NCBI GenBank assembly: GCA_022824025.1
Contig: JAJEBF010000033.1
Span: 1-64,000 of the forward strand
DNA from: Caldilineaceae bacterium
Lineage (GTDB): Bacteria; Chloroflexota; Anaerolineae; Caldilineales; Caldilineaceae
Direction of reading: 5' to 3'
Length of the DNA: 64,000 nt
Positions 1-9,471 of this stretch are shown one piece after another; within the stretch, counting starts at the first letter, position 1, and each line of letters begins with the position of its first letter. The translations under genes and the position numbers were made by a program. The notes under the pieces are model-generated. The model saw only the letters and a program-made list of their open reading frames with translations, had not been told where the DNA came from and did no database searches.

Positions 1-60
1 TGTTTCCAGTTCCTTGCGCTCCTCTGCGGTCAAGCGCACTCGATATCGTTTCGCTGGCAT
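1..60 (-). CDS. IS630-family-like transposase, N-terminal ~20 codons only; the gene runs off the left edge of the window
   Basis: Reverse complement of 1-60 reads ATG CCA GCG AAA CGA TAT CGA GTG CGC TTG ACC GCA GAG GAG CGC AAG GAA CTG GAA = MPAKRYRVRLTAEERKELE. This is the helix-turn-helix N-terminus typical of IS630/Tc1-type transposases (VxLTxEERxxLE). Confidence 0.45.
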   Translation of the reverse strand, partial: MPAKRYRVRLTAEERKELET

Positions 61-137
61 TTCCCCTCTCCTTGTGTTTGCCTTTATGGAGAGTGTGCCA
101 CAGTTTACTTATCCGTCAAACCGTTCCTGTTATACCA

Positions 138-800
138 CTAGGGTCCGGTGACATTTCGTTTGAGCCAGATGAGTGTAGAAGCAAAATGCAAAAAAGCCAT
201 GTAATGTCGTGCGAGTTTTTCGTAGCGAGTGAAGATGCGCCGGCACCACTTAATTTTGTTTATGAATCGCTCGACGTAGTTGCGCTCTTTGTAGCGGATG
301 CGGTCATAGTCCCGTGGTTGCTTGCGACGGCCTCGGGGAGGGACGACCACCCCAGCCTGTTGGGCTGCGAGCAGGTCTCGCAGAGGGTCAGAGTCGTCGC
401 CTTTGTCGGCAATAACAGCGTCAAACTCAAAGGAGGCAAGCAACGACTCAGCCTGGGTTATGTCATTGCGTTCACCTCCCGTCAATATGAACTTTAAGGG
501 TAGGCCAAGGGCATCGACGAGGAGATGGATTTCGCTGCTGAATCCGCCCCGGCTTCGCCCCAGGCACTGTTCTTGCTGTCGGCCCCCTTTTCTGAGCCGC
601 CCGCTGCGCACATATGGACACGCACAACTGTACTTCCCGGCATGACAGCAGCCATGTCTGGGTCCTGAGCGAAATGACTGAACATGTCGGCCCAGACACC
701 GTTCTCTTCCCAGCGGGCGAAGCGTTTGAAGACACTGTTCCACTTGCCATCGCTGTCCGGTAGAGCACGCCACTGGGCGCCGGTGCGCATGATCCAGCAA
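138..800 (-). CDS. IS5-family transposase OrfB (DDE catalytic domain); probably made as an OrfAB fusion by a -1 frameshift
   Basis: GRSRGGFSSEIHLLVDALGLPLKFILTGGERNDI ... RYEKLARHYMAFLHFASTLIWL is typical of DDE_Tnp_1 family C-termini. The orfA frame reads ..gaa aag ggg.. and the orfB frame reads ..aaa ggg ggc.., so they differ by -1 at A AAA G. Confidence 0.65.
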   Translation of the reverse strand: MLDHAHRRPVACSTGQRWQVEQCLQTLRPLGRERCLGRHVQSFRSGPRHGCCHAGKYSCACPYVRSGRLRKGGRQQEQCLGRSRGGFSSEIHLLVDALGLPLKFILTGGERNDITQAESLLASFEFDAVIADKGDDSDPLRDLLAAQQAGVVVPPRGRRKQPRDYDRIRYKERNYVERFINKIKWCRRIFTRYEKLARHYMAFLHFASTLIWLKRNVTGP

Positions 801-916
801 ACTGCCTCAACGAAACGGCGACACTTTTCCTCTTGGCCTGCGTAGGCACGAGGGTGTCCTTGCAGAAACACGTACAATTTCTGCCACTGATAGTTGGCTA
901 TTCTATATGTAGACAT
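494..916 (-). CDS. IS5-family transposase OrfA (N-terminal DNA-binding part)
   Basis: MSTYRIANYQWQKLYVFLQGHPRAYAGQEEKCRRFVEAVCWIMRTGAQWRALPDSDGKWNSVFKRFARWEENGVWADMF is the conserved N-terminal domain of IS5/IS4 transposases (DUF4096-like). Confidence 0.65.
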   Translation of the reverse strand: MSTYRIANYQWQKLYVFLQGHPRAYAGQEEKCRRFVEAVCWIMRTGAQWRALPDSDGKWNSVFKRFARWEENGVWADMFSHFAQDPDMAAVMPGSTVVRVHMCAAGGSEKGADSKNSAWGEAGADSAAKSISSSMPLAYP

Positions 917-1288
917 CCTACTATTGTCGCTGATCTGACAGAACAAACCAAACGTCAACGACACCTAGCACGACTTACTCCATTGAATTAATTCATGCCA
1001 GTCACTCTATCACAACCAACAGAATTCCGGCACTGCCTTCCTGCGAACAGGTAGGCTTAGTAGCTACCTCTTTTTCTCATAATTTCCATTCTCACTTACA
1101 ATAGGAAGGCCTCCCTTGGCACGGAACGCAGCCAATACAGCCGGTTCTTGGGTATGGGTGCCGGGCGATTGGCGCGAGATGAAGCTGATTGAGGCGCATT
1201 CCTCCTTGCTCTGAGGCCATCCCCAAAGGGTAGGCCACAATAGTTGCGTAAGTACTGCGGACCATGAAAGTAAATCGGTCCAACCTTC

Positions 1289-2701
1289 TTGAAGGGCTTG
1301 ACAATGACCCTGCAACTCCGCTTGCTCATCGGAATACTCCTGCTCGCTCTGAACTCCGTGGCCGCCTGCAATCGCTCTGACAGCGGGCCCACGACAACGC
1401 CGACCAAAACGTCCACGCCGATGGAGGAGACGAGCCAGGCGCCGACTGATACGCCGGCGCCTCCGACTGCGACAGCAACAAGCGAACCGGCGACGTCAAC
1501 GCCAGAGCCGGCGGACACGGCAACACCAATAGCGACGGAGGAGCAGCCACCGTCCGCGGATACGGAACAGGCCGGCGCAAGCGGCTTTCTGCCGGCGACC
1601 ATGGAGAGCCCTGATTTCGGTACGCAGGCCTTTCTGTGGTGGAGGCCGGAGGTAGCGGAACGGGATTTGAATCTGATCCGCGAGGCCGGTTTTCACTGGG
1701 TAAAGCAGACTTTCGCCTGGGAGAACATAGAGGGCGCAGGAAAGGGGCACTTAGACTGGTCGTTTTCGGATAGGGTGGTACAGCAGGTAAACGACAGCAA
1801 TCTGAAGCTCTTGGCGCGGATTTCCACTGACCCACAGAAGCGGGATTTTTGGGCCGGTCTTCCGCCTGAGAGCGCTGACCATTTTGCCGATTATATCTTT
1901 GCGCTGGCCAGCCGGTACAGTTGCAAGCCAGGGGCAGTTGGCTGCATTCAGGCTTATCAGATTTGGAACGAGCCGAATTTGAGCCGCGAGTGGGGGCACA
2001 AGCGCCCGAACCCGGCTGAATACGTGTATTTTCTTGGCAGAGCATATGAGGCGATCAAGCAGGCGAACCCGAATGCCCTCGTTGTCAGCGCTGGGATGGC
2101 GCCGACAGGGGATAACAACGAACTGGCGATGCCGGACGACCTGTATTACGAGCAGATGTACGAGGCGATGGGCGGCAGCAGCGACGGCTATTTCGACGCG
2201 CTCGGCGTTCATGGCGTTGGGTTTGCGGCGCCCCCGGAGTTGGACCCCGATACGGCGGCGGCGGAGGCCCGCTATGGTGGCCATCGGTTCTTCAGTTTTC
2301 GCCACGTAGAGGACATTCGCGGGATCATGGAGCGGCATGGCGACGCTGACAAGAAGATCGTCCTGCTGGAGTTTGGTTGGACTTCCGATCCGGTCAATCC
2401 GAACTATCGCTGGCACGGCAGGGACGCAGGCATCGACTTTGCTGTGCAGGCTGAATATTTGAAACGGGCCTATGAGTGGGCTGACGCCAACTGGCGTCCG
2501 TGGATCGGCCTGATGAGTTTGATCACGATGCCGAATCTGGCGTGGTTAAGCGACGGCGACCCTGAGGATGAGGAGCAGTATTGGTGGGGAATTATGGAGC
2601 CAAGCCCGTGTTGCGGCGCGCCGACGTTTCGGCCGGCCTACCTGGAGTTGTGCCGCTATTTGAATGCGAGGGAAGGCCAGGTCTGCGTACACGCGCCGTA
2701 G
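1289..2701 (+). CDS. Secreted lipoprotein, glycoside hydrolase family 5-like (cellulase-family TIM barrel) behind a Thr/Pro-rich linker
   Basis: Signal peptide plus lipobox ([10 protein letters not shown]). A PT-rich linker follows. IWNEPN (GH5 acid/base motif) and LLEFGW (candidate nucleophile Glu) are present. Confidence 0.65.
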   Translation: MKGLTMTLQLRLLIGILLLALNSVAACNRSDSGPTTTPTKTSTPMEETSQAPTDTPAPPTATATSEPATSTPEPADTATPIATEEQPPSADTEQAGASGFLPATMESPDFGTQAFLWWRPEVAERDLNLIREAGFHWVKQTFAWENIEGAGKGHLDWSFSDRVVQQVNDSNLKLLARISTDPQKRDFWAGLPPESADHFADYIFALASRYSCKPGAVGCIQAYQIWNEPNLSREWGHKRPNPAEYVYFLGRAYEAIKQANPNALVVSAGMAPTGDNNELAMPDDLYYEQMYEAMGGSSDGYFDALGVHGVGFAAPPELDPDTAAAEARYGGHRFFSFRHVEDIRGIMERHGDADKKIVLLEFGWTSDPVNPNYRWHGRDAGIDFAVQAEYLKRAYEWADANWRPWIGLMSLITMPNLAWLSDGDPEDEEQYWWGIMEPSPCCGAPTFRPAYLELCRYLNAREGQVCVHAP

Positions 2702-2747
2702 GGCTGAGGTACGCAACCGGGATGGGGACGCGCGCGCAGCTGAGTCG

Positions 2748-2966
2748 TCACCCGGTGATCGCCTGGAAGGTCTGGATGGCGTCCTCGATGATGCCGGCGA
2801 TGATGTCAATCCAATCTTCGCCGCCAAACAGCGCATCCATGTTAATTTCCGCGGGATTGGGTTGCCAGTTGGCGGAGGCGTAGAGCCAGCCGAAGATCCC
2901 GGCGCCAATCACGAGGGCGAAGGAGATTCGGTTAAGGAACCGGCTGCGGGGCCTGAAACGAGGCAT
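2748..2966 (-). CDS. Hypothetical small single-pass membrane protein (~72 aa)
   Basis: MPRFRPRSRFLNRISFALVIGAGIFGWLYASANWQ... has one hydrophobic helix and protein-like composition. It is convergent with the GH5-like gene. There is no recognisable family and only a weak SD. Confidence 0.3.
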   Translation of the reverse strand: MPRFRPRSRFLNRISFALVIGAGIFGWLYASANWQPNPAEINMDALFGGEDWIDIIAGIIEDAIQTFQAITG

Positions 2967-3132
2967 GGACGTCCTGTGCGGTGATTGGTCGGCGTCCGAT
3001 TGTTGACGCGGACGTGATTTGGATGACGGTGACGTCATTTTGCAACGCGGGGCTGAATTTGCCAAACGTAGGGTCGATGCTATACTCGGCTGTGCTTTGG
3101 CAAGGGTTGGACCTTGACAGCATGAAATGCAA

Positions 3133-3206
<74 letters not shown>

Positions 3207-3440
3207 CCTTCCGCAGCGTTCGATGTCCCCTATGCGAGAAGTTCAGAATCCAGTTCATCTGGCAGTTGATGCGGTCGTCCGTGTCGAGACTTGACGCGGC
3301 CGCAACCTTAGGCGTCCTTCTACAGAAATGGCCGATCATTGCCCCTCCCCGTAAAGCCTGGGTTCAGCCGGCGTTTCGCAACAGAACATTGACTGAATAG
3401 GCTTTCGCGATCTGCGGGTCCTTTCATTGCCTGATAGCGG

Positions 3441-4247
3441 ATGACATCTCTCAAGAAGTCGGTCTACGAGATCATCGAGGAGGCTGCGCCGGGCCACCGC
3501 GCCAGCGAGATCTTCGACATATTCCTGATCGCGCTGATCTCTCTCAATGTCGTCGCGCTGATCGTGGGGACAGTAGAGGGGATTCACCTCATTTCCCCGC
3601 GGGGGTTTCACCTCTTTGAGGTCACATCGGTCGGCATATTTACGGTAGAATATGCGCTGCGGGTCTGGACCTGCACAGAGGATGCGAAATACGCCCATCC
3701 CGTAAAGGGTCGACTGCGGTATATGGTCTCTCCGCTGGCGCTGATTGACCTGATGGCGATTCTGCCGGTGTACCTGGTCTTTTTCGTCAATCTGCGCGGG
3801 CTTGACCTTCGCATGCTGCGAGTCGTTCGACTGCTAGCCCGTATCGTCCGACTCAGCCGTTACTTTTCCAGCTTGCGTACGTTGGGCAAGGTGTTGCACA
3901 CGAAGCGGGGCGACCTGATGGCGGTGGTATCGGTACTCTTCCTGCTGCTGGTGATCACTTCGTCGCTGATGTTTTTCGCGGAAAACGGAGCGCAGCCGGA
4001 GGAGTTCGCCAGCATTCCCAAGGCGATGTGGTGGAGTATTATCACGCTGACGACGGTGGGCTACGGCGATGTGTTTCCGGTTACCGCGGCGGGGCGGCTG
4101 CTGGCGGGGGTCATCGCGATCGTGGGCATTGGGCTGTTTGCGCTGCCGGCGGGCATTTTGGGGTCGGGTTTCATGGAGGCGTTGCAGGAGGAGGAGAGGC
4201 CTCCGGTGAGGTGTCCCCATTGCGGTGAGGTGATCGAGAGGATGTAA
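3441..4247 (+). CDS. Voltage-gated potassium channel (6TM Kv-like) with a C-terminal CxxC zinc-ribbon-like tail
   Basis: Selectivity filter TTVGYGD. S4-like Arg repeats RMLRVVRLLARIVRLSRYF. C-terminal CPHCGEVIER. Confidence 0.8.
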   Translation: MTSLKKSVYEIIEEAAPGHRASEIFDIFLIALISLNVVALIVGTVEGIHLISPRGFHLFEVTSVGIFTVEYALRVWTCTEDAKYAHPVKGRLRYMVSPLALIDLMAILPVYLVFFVNLRGLDLRMLRVVRLLARIVRLSRYFSSLRTLGKVLHTKRGDLMAVVSVLFLLLVITSSLMFFAENGAQPEEFASIPKAMWWSIITLTTVGYGDVFPVTAAGRLLAGVIAIVGIGLFALPAGILGSGFMEALQEEERPPVRCPHCGEVIERM

Positions 4248-4301
4248 CATAGGGAGGACCTGAGTTCAGACTCGCTCGGAAACTTTGGCGACGGGTGCCC
4301 T

Positions 4302-4506
4302 TCACTCGAAAAACGCCCTGGGTAACTGCGATTGGCGAATGATTGACATAAGGGTTCCCATCCACAGTTCTCTGAGGTCTGGAAACCAGGACGGTGATCG
4401 TATTCCCAGGGGCCGCTTTTTGCATTGTCACGTGACTGTCTCTTCGACGCACCTCAGCGAATCCGTTATGCCCCAGGATCCTGCGAACCTCACGACCCGA
4501 TAGCAC
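4302..4506 (-). pseudogene. hicA: hicA-like toxin gene (YcfA/HicA mRNA interferase family) with an apparent 1-nt frameshift
   Basis: From the GTG at 4506, frame 1 gives VLSGREVRRILGHNGFAEVRRRDSHVTMQKAAPGNTITVLV, a HicA N-terminus. The conserved C-terminus (P)DLRELWMGTLMSIIRQSQLPRAFFE* is in the -1 frame. The two join across the GGTTTCC run near 4380-4390. Hand-translated. Confidence 0.6.
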
Positions 4507-4735
4507 GCGGAGCCCAGGCAGCGGCGACTTCCACCTGAGTCACATATACTTCATGGTGCAAGCGACTCTTTATTTCGCTGGCAGAAGCGGTCTCGAAGAA
4601 CAGTGCGAGAGCCTCCTTCAAATTCTCGCGAGCCTCTGTAACGGTTTCTCCCTGACTTGCAATGTCGAGCTCCGGACAGAGTAAAACATAACCATCGCCT
4701 TCTCGTTCTATAATAGCCGTCAACTGCTTCGCCAT
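4490..4735 (-). CDS. hicB: HicB-family antitoxin (short UPF0150-type)
   Basis: MAKQLTAIIEREGDGYVLLCPELDIASQGETVTEARENLKEALALFFE...EVYVTQVEV matches the HicB-like fold signature. The stop overlaps the hicA GTG start. Confidence 0.7.
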   Translation of the reverse strand: MAKQLTAIIEREGDGYVLLCPELDIASQGETVTEARENLKEALALFFETASASEIKSRLHHEVYVTQVEVAAAWAPRAIGS

Positions 4736-4888
4736 TGACCACTCCTTCTGACCCTCTGAGCCAGTACCAAGGGAGAAGGAGGTAGTGCGCTTTTCGCCCT
4801 CGGTCTGTTACTAAGATTACTTGCCCTTGTCGGTGGCAGTTAGACCATCATTACTTTGACAAGAGGCAGCAACAAACCGGAAAAGCGC

Positions 4889-5671
4889 TTAACGTCCGCT
4901 GAACTGCGGCTGGCGGCGCTGGCGAAAAGCGGAAACGCCTTCTTGGGCGTCTGCCGTGTATGAGGCCAGGCTGCCGGCGATCGATTCGAGGACGGCTGCG
5001 TTGTCGCCGGCGGCCGGGCTGGCGGAGTCGATGAGCTGCTTGGTCATTTGCACTGCGACCGGACCGTTGGCGGCGATGGTTTTGGCCAGGCCAAGCGCGC
5101 GCTCGGCAAGTTGATCGGCCGGTACAGCTTCGTTTACAAGGCCCCACGTTTCGGCCTGCTCGGCTGACACTCGTTCTCCACTGAAGATCATCTGCTTGGC
5201 CCGGCTGGGTCCGATGAGCTGGGTGAGGCGTTGCGTTCCCCCCCAGCCGGGGATGACCCCCAGCTTTACCTCCGGGAATGAGAGTTGCGCGCCTGCGGCG
5301 GCGAGGCGCAGGTCTGCGGCCAGCGCCAGTTCGAGCCCGCCGCCGAATGTGTAGCCATTGAGCACGGCGATGACCGGCTGGGGCAGGCGCGCGTAACGGG
5401 TGAAGATGCGGTGGCCGTCGCGGATCCAGCGGCGGCCCATTTCCAGCGGCGTCAGGTCGCTCCACTCAAAGATATCGGCGCCGACGCAGAAGGCTCTGCC
5501 GGTGGCGGCGAGGAGGACGACGCGCACGTCCTGGTTGCAGTCCAGCTCGTGCGCGTACGCTTCGAGGGCGGTCAACATCTCAGAATTGAGGGCGTTGAGC
5601 TTGTCGGCGCGGTTGAGGACGATGGTTGCGATGGGTCCTTTGTATGTGAGTTGAACGAGGTCGGTGGCCAT
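4889..5671 (-). CDS. Enoyl-CoA hydratase/isomerase (crotonase) family protein
   Basis: AFCVGADI and NGYTFGGGLELALAADLRLAA are crotonase-fold motifs. Confidence 0.85.
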   Translation of the reverse strand: MATDLVQLTYKGPIATIVLNRADKLNALNSEMLTALEAYAHELDCNQDVRVVLLAATGRAFCVGADIFEWSDLTPLEMGRRWIRDGHRIFTRYARLPQPVIAVLNGYTFGGGLELALAADLRLAAAGAQLSFPEVKLGVIPGWGGTQRLTQLIGPSRAKQMIFSGERVSAEQAETWGLVNEAVPADQLAERALGLAKTIAANGPVAVQMTKQLIDSASPAAGDNAAVLESIAGSLASYTADAQEGVSAFRQRRQPQFSGR

Positions 5672-5980
5672 GGCGACTCCTTTAGGTAGGGAGCGGACGG
5701 AGATTCAGAAAGGGGGAAACGCTGAGAGCGCTATTTCCCTCCGCGAAGGGCCACGGAGGAAACTTTCTTGTTCATGGGAAGGTCGCGTTGGACATGGGTG
5801 GGGAATCCGGCATTTTTTGCGCGGCTGGGTGGCCATCCATGAGTCAGGATCACATTGGTTTCCCCCACTGGCTGGTCTGACCATTGTCAGCAGCGCCCAG
5901 CCCCTGTACGTGCTGTGGTTGGCTGTCGTTTTGCGAGCGGAATACGATGATTTTCGGACTTCGGTTGACCGGGTGACAGG

Positions 5981-7060
5981 TTATTCCTCGAAGACAACAT
6001 CTGGGACAGCCTGGTTGCTGGCAGTCAAGGCGCCGACGGGGATGGCATCGGGCAGTGCAGTCCGGATCATGCCTGTATGGTCTGCGCTGATGACGACGAC
6101 CATGCCGATCCCCATGTTGAATACGCGGTACGCTTCTTCACGGTCCATTTCGCTCCAGGAATGCAAGCGGCGAAAGACGGGCGGGGGATCCCAGGTATTT
6201 CGATCTATGAGGGCGCTCAGGCCGGAAGGCAGGATGCGCGGGACGTTGTCTACAAGCCCTCCGCCGGTGATGTGGGCGAGGCCTTTGATTGCGATGCCGG
6301 CTTCCTCCAGTTTCAGGAGCGCAGGCAGATAGGAGCGATGGGGGGCGAGTACGGCGTCGAGCAGTGTTTGGCCGTCTTCCAACTGTTGGTCCAGGTCGCG
6401 ATCGGCGAGGATACGGCGAATGAGTGAGTAGCCGTTTGTGTGGGGGCCGCTGCTGGGCAGGCCGAAGAGGCGGTCACCCGGTTGCATTTCGTGCGAGCGG
6501 GGAAGGAGGGCGTCCCGGTTGACCAGGCCGACGATCGTTCCGGCCACGTCGCAGGAGCCGGGCGTGTAGACGCCGGGCATTTCGGCGGTTTCGCCGCCGA
6601 GGAGGGCGCAGCCGGCGGCGCTGCAGGCCTCGGCCATGCCGGTCACGACTGCGGCCACGTTTTCCGGAACGAGCTCGTCGGCGGCGATGTAGTCGAGGAA
6701 GAAGAGCGGGCGCGCGCCTTGGACGAGGATGTCGTTCAGACAATGGTTGACGATGTCATGGCCGATTCCCTGCCAGGCGCTGTGCTCTGCGGCGAGCTTG
6801 ACCTTCGTGCCGGCGCCGTCGGTGGAAGCGACGAGCAGGGGCTGCGCGGGGAGATCGGAGAGGGCGAAGAGGCCGCCGAAGCTGCCTACGTCGGCGAGCA
6901 CGCCGGGCGTGAAGGTCAAGCGCACGGCCGCTTTCATTAGTTCGACGGCGCGGTTGCCGGCTTCGATGTCTACGCCGGCGGCGGCGTACTGACTGGACGG
7001 TTGGCTGGTGCGATCTAGCGTGTCTTTGGGTCGATCGGGACTGTTGCGCGGATGTGGCAT
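5981..7060 (-). CDS. purM: Phosphoribosylformylglycinamidine cyclo-ligase (AIR synthetase)
   Basis: YAAAGVDIEAGNRAVELMK, GIGHDIVNHCLNDILVQGARPLFFLDY and SGPHTNGYSLIRRIL are present. The true start may be downstream of the first in-frame ATG. Confidence 0.9.
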   Translation of the reverse strand: MPHPRNSPDRPKDTLDRTSQPSSQYAAAGVDIEAGNRAVELMKAAVRLTFTPGVLADVGSFGGLFALSDLPAQPLLVASTDGAGTKVKLAAEHSAWQGIGHDIVNHCLNDILVQGARPLFFLDYIAADELVPENVAAVVTGMAEACSAAGCALLGGETAEMPGVYTPGSCDVAGTIVGLVNRDALLPRSHEMQPGDRLFGLPSSGPHTNGYSLIRRILADRDLDQQLEDGQTLLDAVLAPHRSYLPALLKLEEAGIAIKGLAHITGGGLVDNVPRILPSGLSALIDRNTWDPPPVFRRLHSWSEMDREEAYRVFNMGIGMVVVISADHTGMIRTALPDAIPVGALTASNQAVPDVVFEE

Positions 7061-7234
7061 GGTGGAATAAAGTGCCCAAATGCGACAATTGAGCTAGTTG
7101 GGTCAGCGATGTGTAGGTGAAAGTGTCACTGACAGAGGGTTCTTATAGCGTTTGGCAAGGGCGTGTCGGTATTTGGCAATTTCACCACCCGGTAGACAGC
7201 CCGAAGAAACACCAAGAGAGACCTACAATCTGAC

Positions 7235-7575
7235 TCAAGGCGCACCCCGAATTACTCGAATCAGCTCACCTTCCAATGTTTCGTACTCTTCAATGGACTC
7301 ATGGACTCGTCTGGACTGCCTTTCAAAATCCCGATCGTAGGTACAAGTGACAATTCCAGAGTGAGTTGACGATTCCAAATGTAGACGTACGAAATCCCTA
7401 TGGTTCATGGTTAGTACTGCCCGCATATAGGTATCGCAACTGACAGTACGTCTTCATCTGGAATGCCGCGATTTGCCTTGCCATCTTCTTGGATTGTCAA
7501 GACGTCATGCCCCAAAGATCGCAGTCCTGCAACGACGGGAAATGGAAAGTCTTCGTCGGCGTGCAGGCGGGCCAC
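7235..7575 (-). pseudogene. DUF5615 (Mut7-C/PIN-like putative toxin) gene with an apparent 1-nt frameshift
   Basis: The GTG at 7575 lies 2 nt after the DUF433 stop. It gives (M)ARLHADEDFPFPVVAGLRSLGHDVLTIQEDGKANRGIPDEDVLSVAIP, then a stop. The remainder, MRAVLTMNHRDFVRLHLESSTHSGIVTCTYDRDFE... (family consensus RVLVTRDRDF), is in the other frame from ~7426. The join is in a TATAT stretch. Confidence 0.6.
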
Positions 7576-7577
7576 TC

Positions 7578-7907
7578 CTATGCCGCCTCGTTTTCTTTGT
7601 TCTGCTGTTCAATTTCTTCTCTATTGGCTCGATAGTATGCCCAAGCATTGGTCAGGTCCTCGGCACGAAGTGTTGGATAAGCCCTGAGAATTTCAGCTTC
7701 ACTACTGCCAAGGATTCTGGCTTGCGCCAAAAGCCACACAGGGATACGCGTGCGCACAATACAGGGATCACCCCCAGGCACTCCTGGCCTACTTTCGATG
7801 CCGGGAAACGCGCCGCCGATGTCACGAACAATCCACTGGAGCAATTCAGCTTTCTCTGCTGCTGCTATATCAGGAATTAATTCTCTGATTCTCTCTAATG
7901 TCGTCAT
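7578..7907 (-). CDS. DUF433 domain protein (putative antitoxin partner of DUF5615)
   Basis: PGGDPCIVRTRIPVWLL matches the DUF433 signature GGxPxIxGTRIPV. Confidence 0.75.
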   Translation of the reverse strand: MTTLERIRELIPDIAAAEKAELLQWIVRDIGGAFPGIESRPGVPGGDPCIVRTRIPVWLLAQARILGSSEAEILRAYPTLRAEDLTNAWAYYRANREEIEQQNKENEAA

Positions 7908-8136
7908 TTTCCTTTTCTCCCTGCCTAAACGGTTGCGAGAGAGAGCGGTTAAGGCAATGATAGCAGAGAAACGGAAATTCGTCGCAAGCCAATGCTCCCC
8001 CGCAACTTCCTTCCTCTGTGCTTGCCGTCGGCAGGATTGAGAGGCCAGATCCAGTCTTAAGGCATGTCGAAGCCTTAGACTATCGGACCCGATTCTTTTT
8101 CAACATTCTTCCGGAATTGCGATGATTCTCGGATGG

Positions 8137-9408
8137 TCATTCGTATTTAAAGCGGCGGATGCCGATGGCGAAGAGGACGACAGAAGCCGAGATGAGGACA
8201 CCTATTTCGGGGAGGACGTCAATGAAGCCGCCGTTGTACCAGATAAGGTCGTGAAAACCGTCCATGGCCCAGGCGACCGGGGAGAGATGCCCGAGCGTCT
8301 GCATGAATTCGGGCACGATTTCGAGCGGCCACCAGGCCCCGCCCAAGGGGGCGAGCGACAGAGACAGGAGTAGAACTAGGCCCCTGGCCTGGCCCTCGCT
8401 CTTGATCCAGGGGGCGAGGGCGAAGGTGAGGGCGGTGATGCAGAGGACGAAGGCGGCCATGACCGCGAGTAGCGCGGCAGGACTGCTGCCGAAGTCCATA
8501 CCGAGAGCTGCGCCGACAGCGAAAACGATGAAGTACTGAATCATGCCGAGTGAGAAATAGACGCCGATTTTGGCGCCGAGGATCTGGGCTCGGGATAGGG
8601 GAAGGGCCATCAGTCGTTGGAGCGTCCACTGGCTGCGCTCGCGCAGGAGGACGGCCATGCCGCCTAAGACTGTGAACATAACATACAGGGATCCCATTCC
8701 CGGCGCCGACTGGTTGAAGCCGTTCATTGAGCCGTCCTCGCTGGCGCTTTCGGCGTCGGCGACTCGGAAGCGGACGGGGGCTGGCTGCTCCGTCAGCATC
8801 TCTTGCGACCGCAGATAGAGGGCGCCAAGGAAGCCATCTAGCGTCTCAGTTTCAAGAGGCGGCAGTTCGAAGGCCGCCGTCAGATTCGTCAGCAGGGCGG
8901 CGGCCACACCCGTCGTCATGGATGCCGTGCTGGCGCGCTGCAGGACGGCGTTGAGGCTCTGCAGAACGGGGCCTGGCTGCATGGGGTCGGACAAAGAGTA
9001 GTAATCGACCGAGAAAATTTCGAACTCCTCCAAGGCCGCGGCGAAGCCAGCGGGGATCACGATCAGAGCGCTGGTGCGGCCCGTACGTGCGCGTTCGATG
9101 GCGCGCTCCAACTGTAATGGTTCCTCTCTCAGCCTGCAGAAGTCTTCAGCGTCGTTGTCGAGCGGGCACAGTACGATGGCGTCGTTGGCGGAGCGGAGGT
9201 CCTCGATCAGCTTGGCGGACATGCTGGTTTGGTCAAGATCGATCAGGTCGACTCGCAACCGGGTCGGTCCACCGCCGCCGATTTGGCCGAGACTCCATCC
9301 GATCACAAGTGTGAGGAGCACGGGGATGATGAGCAGGCCGGGGAGATTGGCCCGTTGCGAGAAGAAGATTTTCAGATCGTTGAGAATAATGGTCAGGATT
9401 GATCGCAT
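8137..9408 (-). CDS. ABC-2 type transporter permease
   Basis: N-terminal TM helix, a large extracytoplasmic loop, and a C-terminal 5-TM bundle. Confidence 0.75.
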   Translation of the reverse strand: MRSILTIILNDLKIFFSQRANLPGLLIIPVLLTLVIGWSLGQIGGGGPTRLRVDLIDLDQTSMSAKLIEDLRSANDAIVLCPLDNDAEDFCRLREEPLQLERAIERARTGRTSALIVIPAGFAAALEEFEIFSVDYYSLSDPMQPGPVLQSLNAVLQRASTASMTTGVAAALLTNLTAAFELPPLETETLDGFLGALYLRSQEMLTEQPAPVRFRVADAESASEDGSMNGFNQSAPGMGSLYVMFTVLGGMAVLLRERSQWTLQRLMALPLSRAQILGAKIGVYFSLGMIQYFIVFAVGAALGMDFGSSPAALLAVMAAFVLCITALTFALAPWIKSEGQARGLVLLLSLSLAPLGGAWWPLEIVPEFMQTLGHLSPVAWAMDGFHDLIWYNGGFIDVLPEIGVLISASVVLFAIGIRRFKYE

Positions 9409-9471
9409 TGCCGAATGCTGTCTAAAGTGCTGTTTTGCGTAGTCCGAATCAGTCGTAAGTCGAGCCGGAGG

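Larger units (their letters stand above)
100..990 (-). mobile_element. IS5-family (IS427/IS1031-group-like) insertion sequence with two overlapping transposase reading frames; boundaries approximate
   Basis: orfA and orfB overlap by ~300 nt in the -1 relationship typical of this IS group. An A AAA G slippery motif lies on the minus strand (complement of ~588-593). No convincing terminal inverted repeats were found by eye, so the ends are not defined. Confidence 0.6.

Noticed and set aside
72-849. Plus-strand ORFs 72-497 and 322-645, and minus ORF 472-849, overlapping the IS element
   Set aside because: Alternative frames of the IS5 transposase region. The transposase motifs are in the 138-800 and 494-916 minus frames.
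60-1010. Terminal inverted repeats of the IS5-family element
   Set aside because: Only weak partial matches (AGAGTG.. at both ends) were found by eye. They are not reliable enough to annotate ends or target-site duplications.
1326-2416. Minus-strand ORFs 1326-2045 and 1751-2416 (239 and 221 aa)
   Set aside because: Antisense to the GH5-like gene. Arg/Pro-rich, low-complexity translations.
5664-6332. 222-aa plus-strand ORF spanning the crotonase-purM intergenic region
   Set aside because: Mostly antisense to purM. The ~300-nt intergenic region 5672-5980 was inspected for an RNA element, but nothing recognisable was found.
4380-7430. Possibility that the hicA and DUF5615 frameshifts are programmed recoding sites
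   Set aside because: No slippery heptamer or downstream stimulatory structure at either site. Single-base indels in T and TA runs are more simply explained as mutation or sequencing error.
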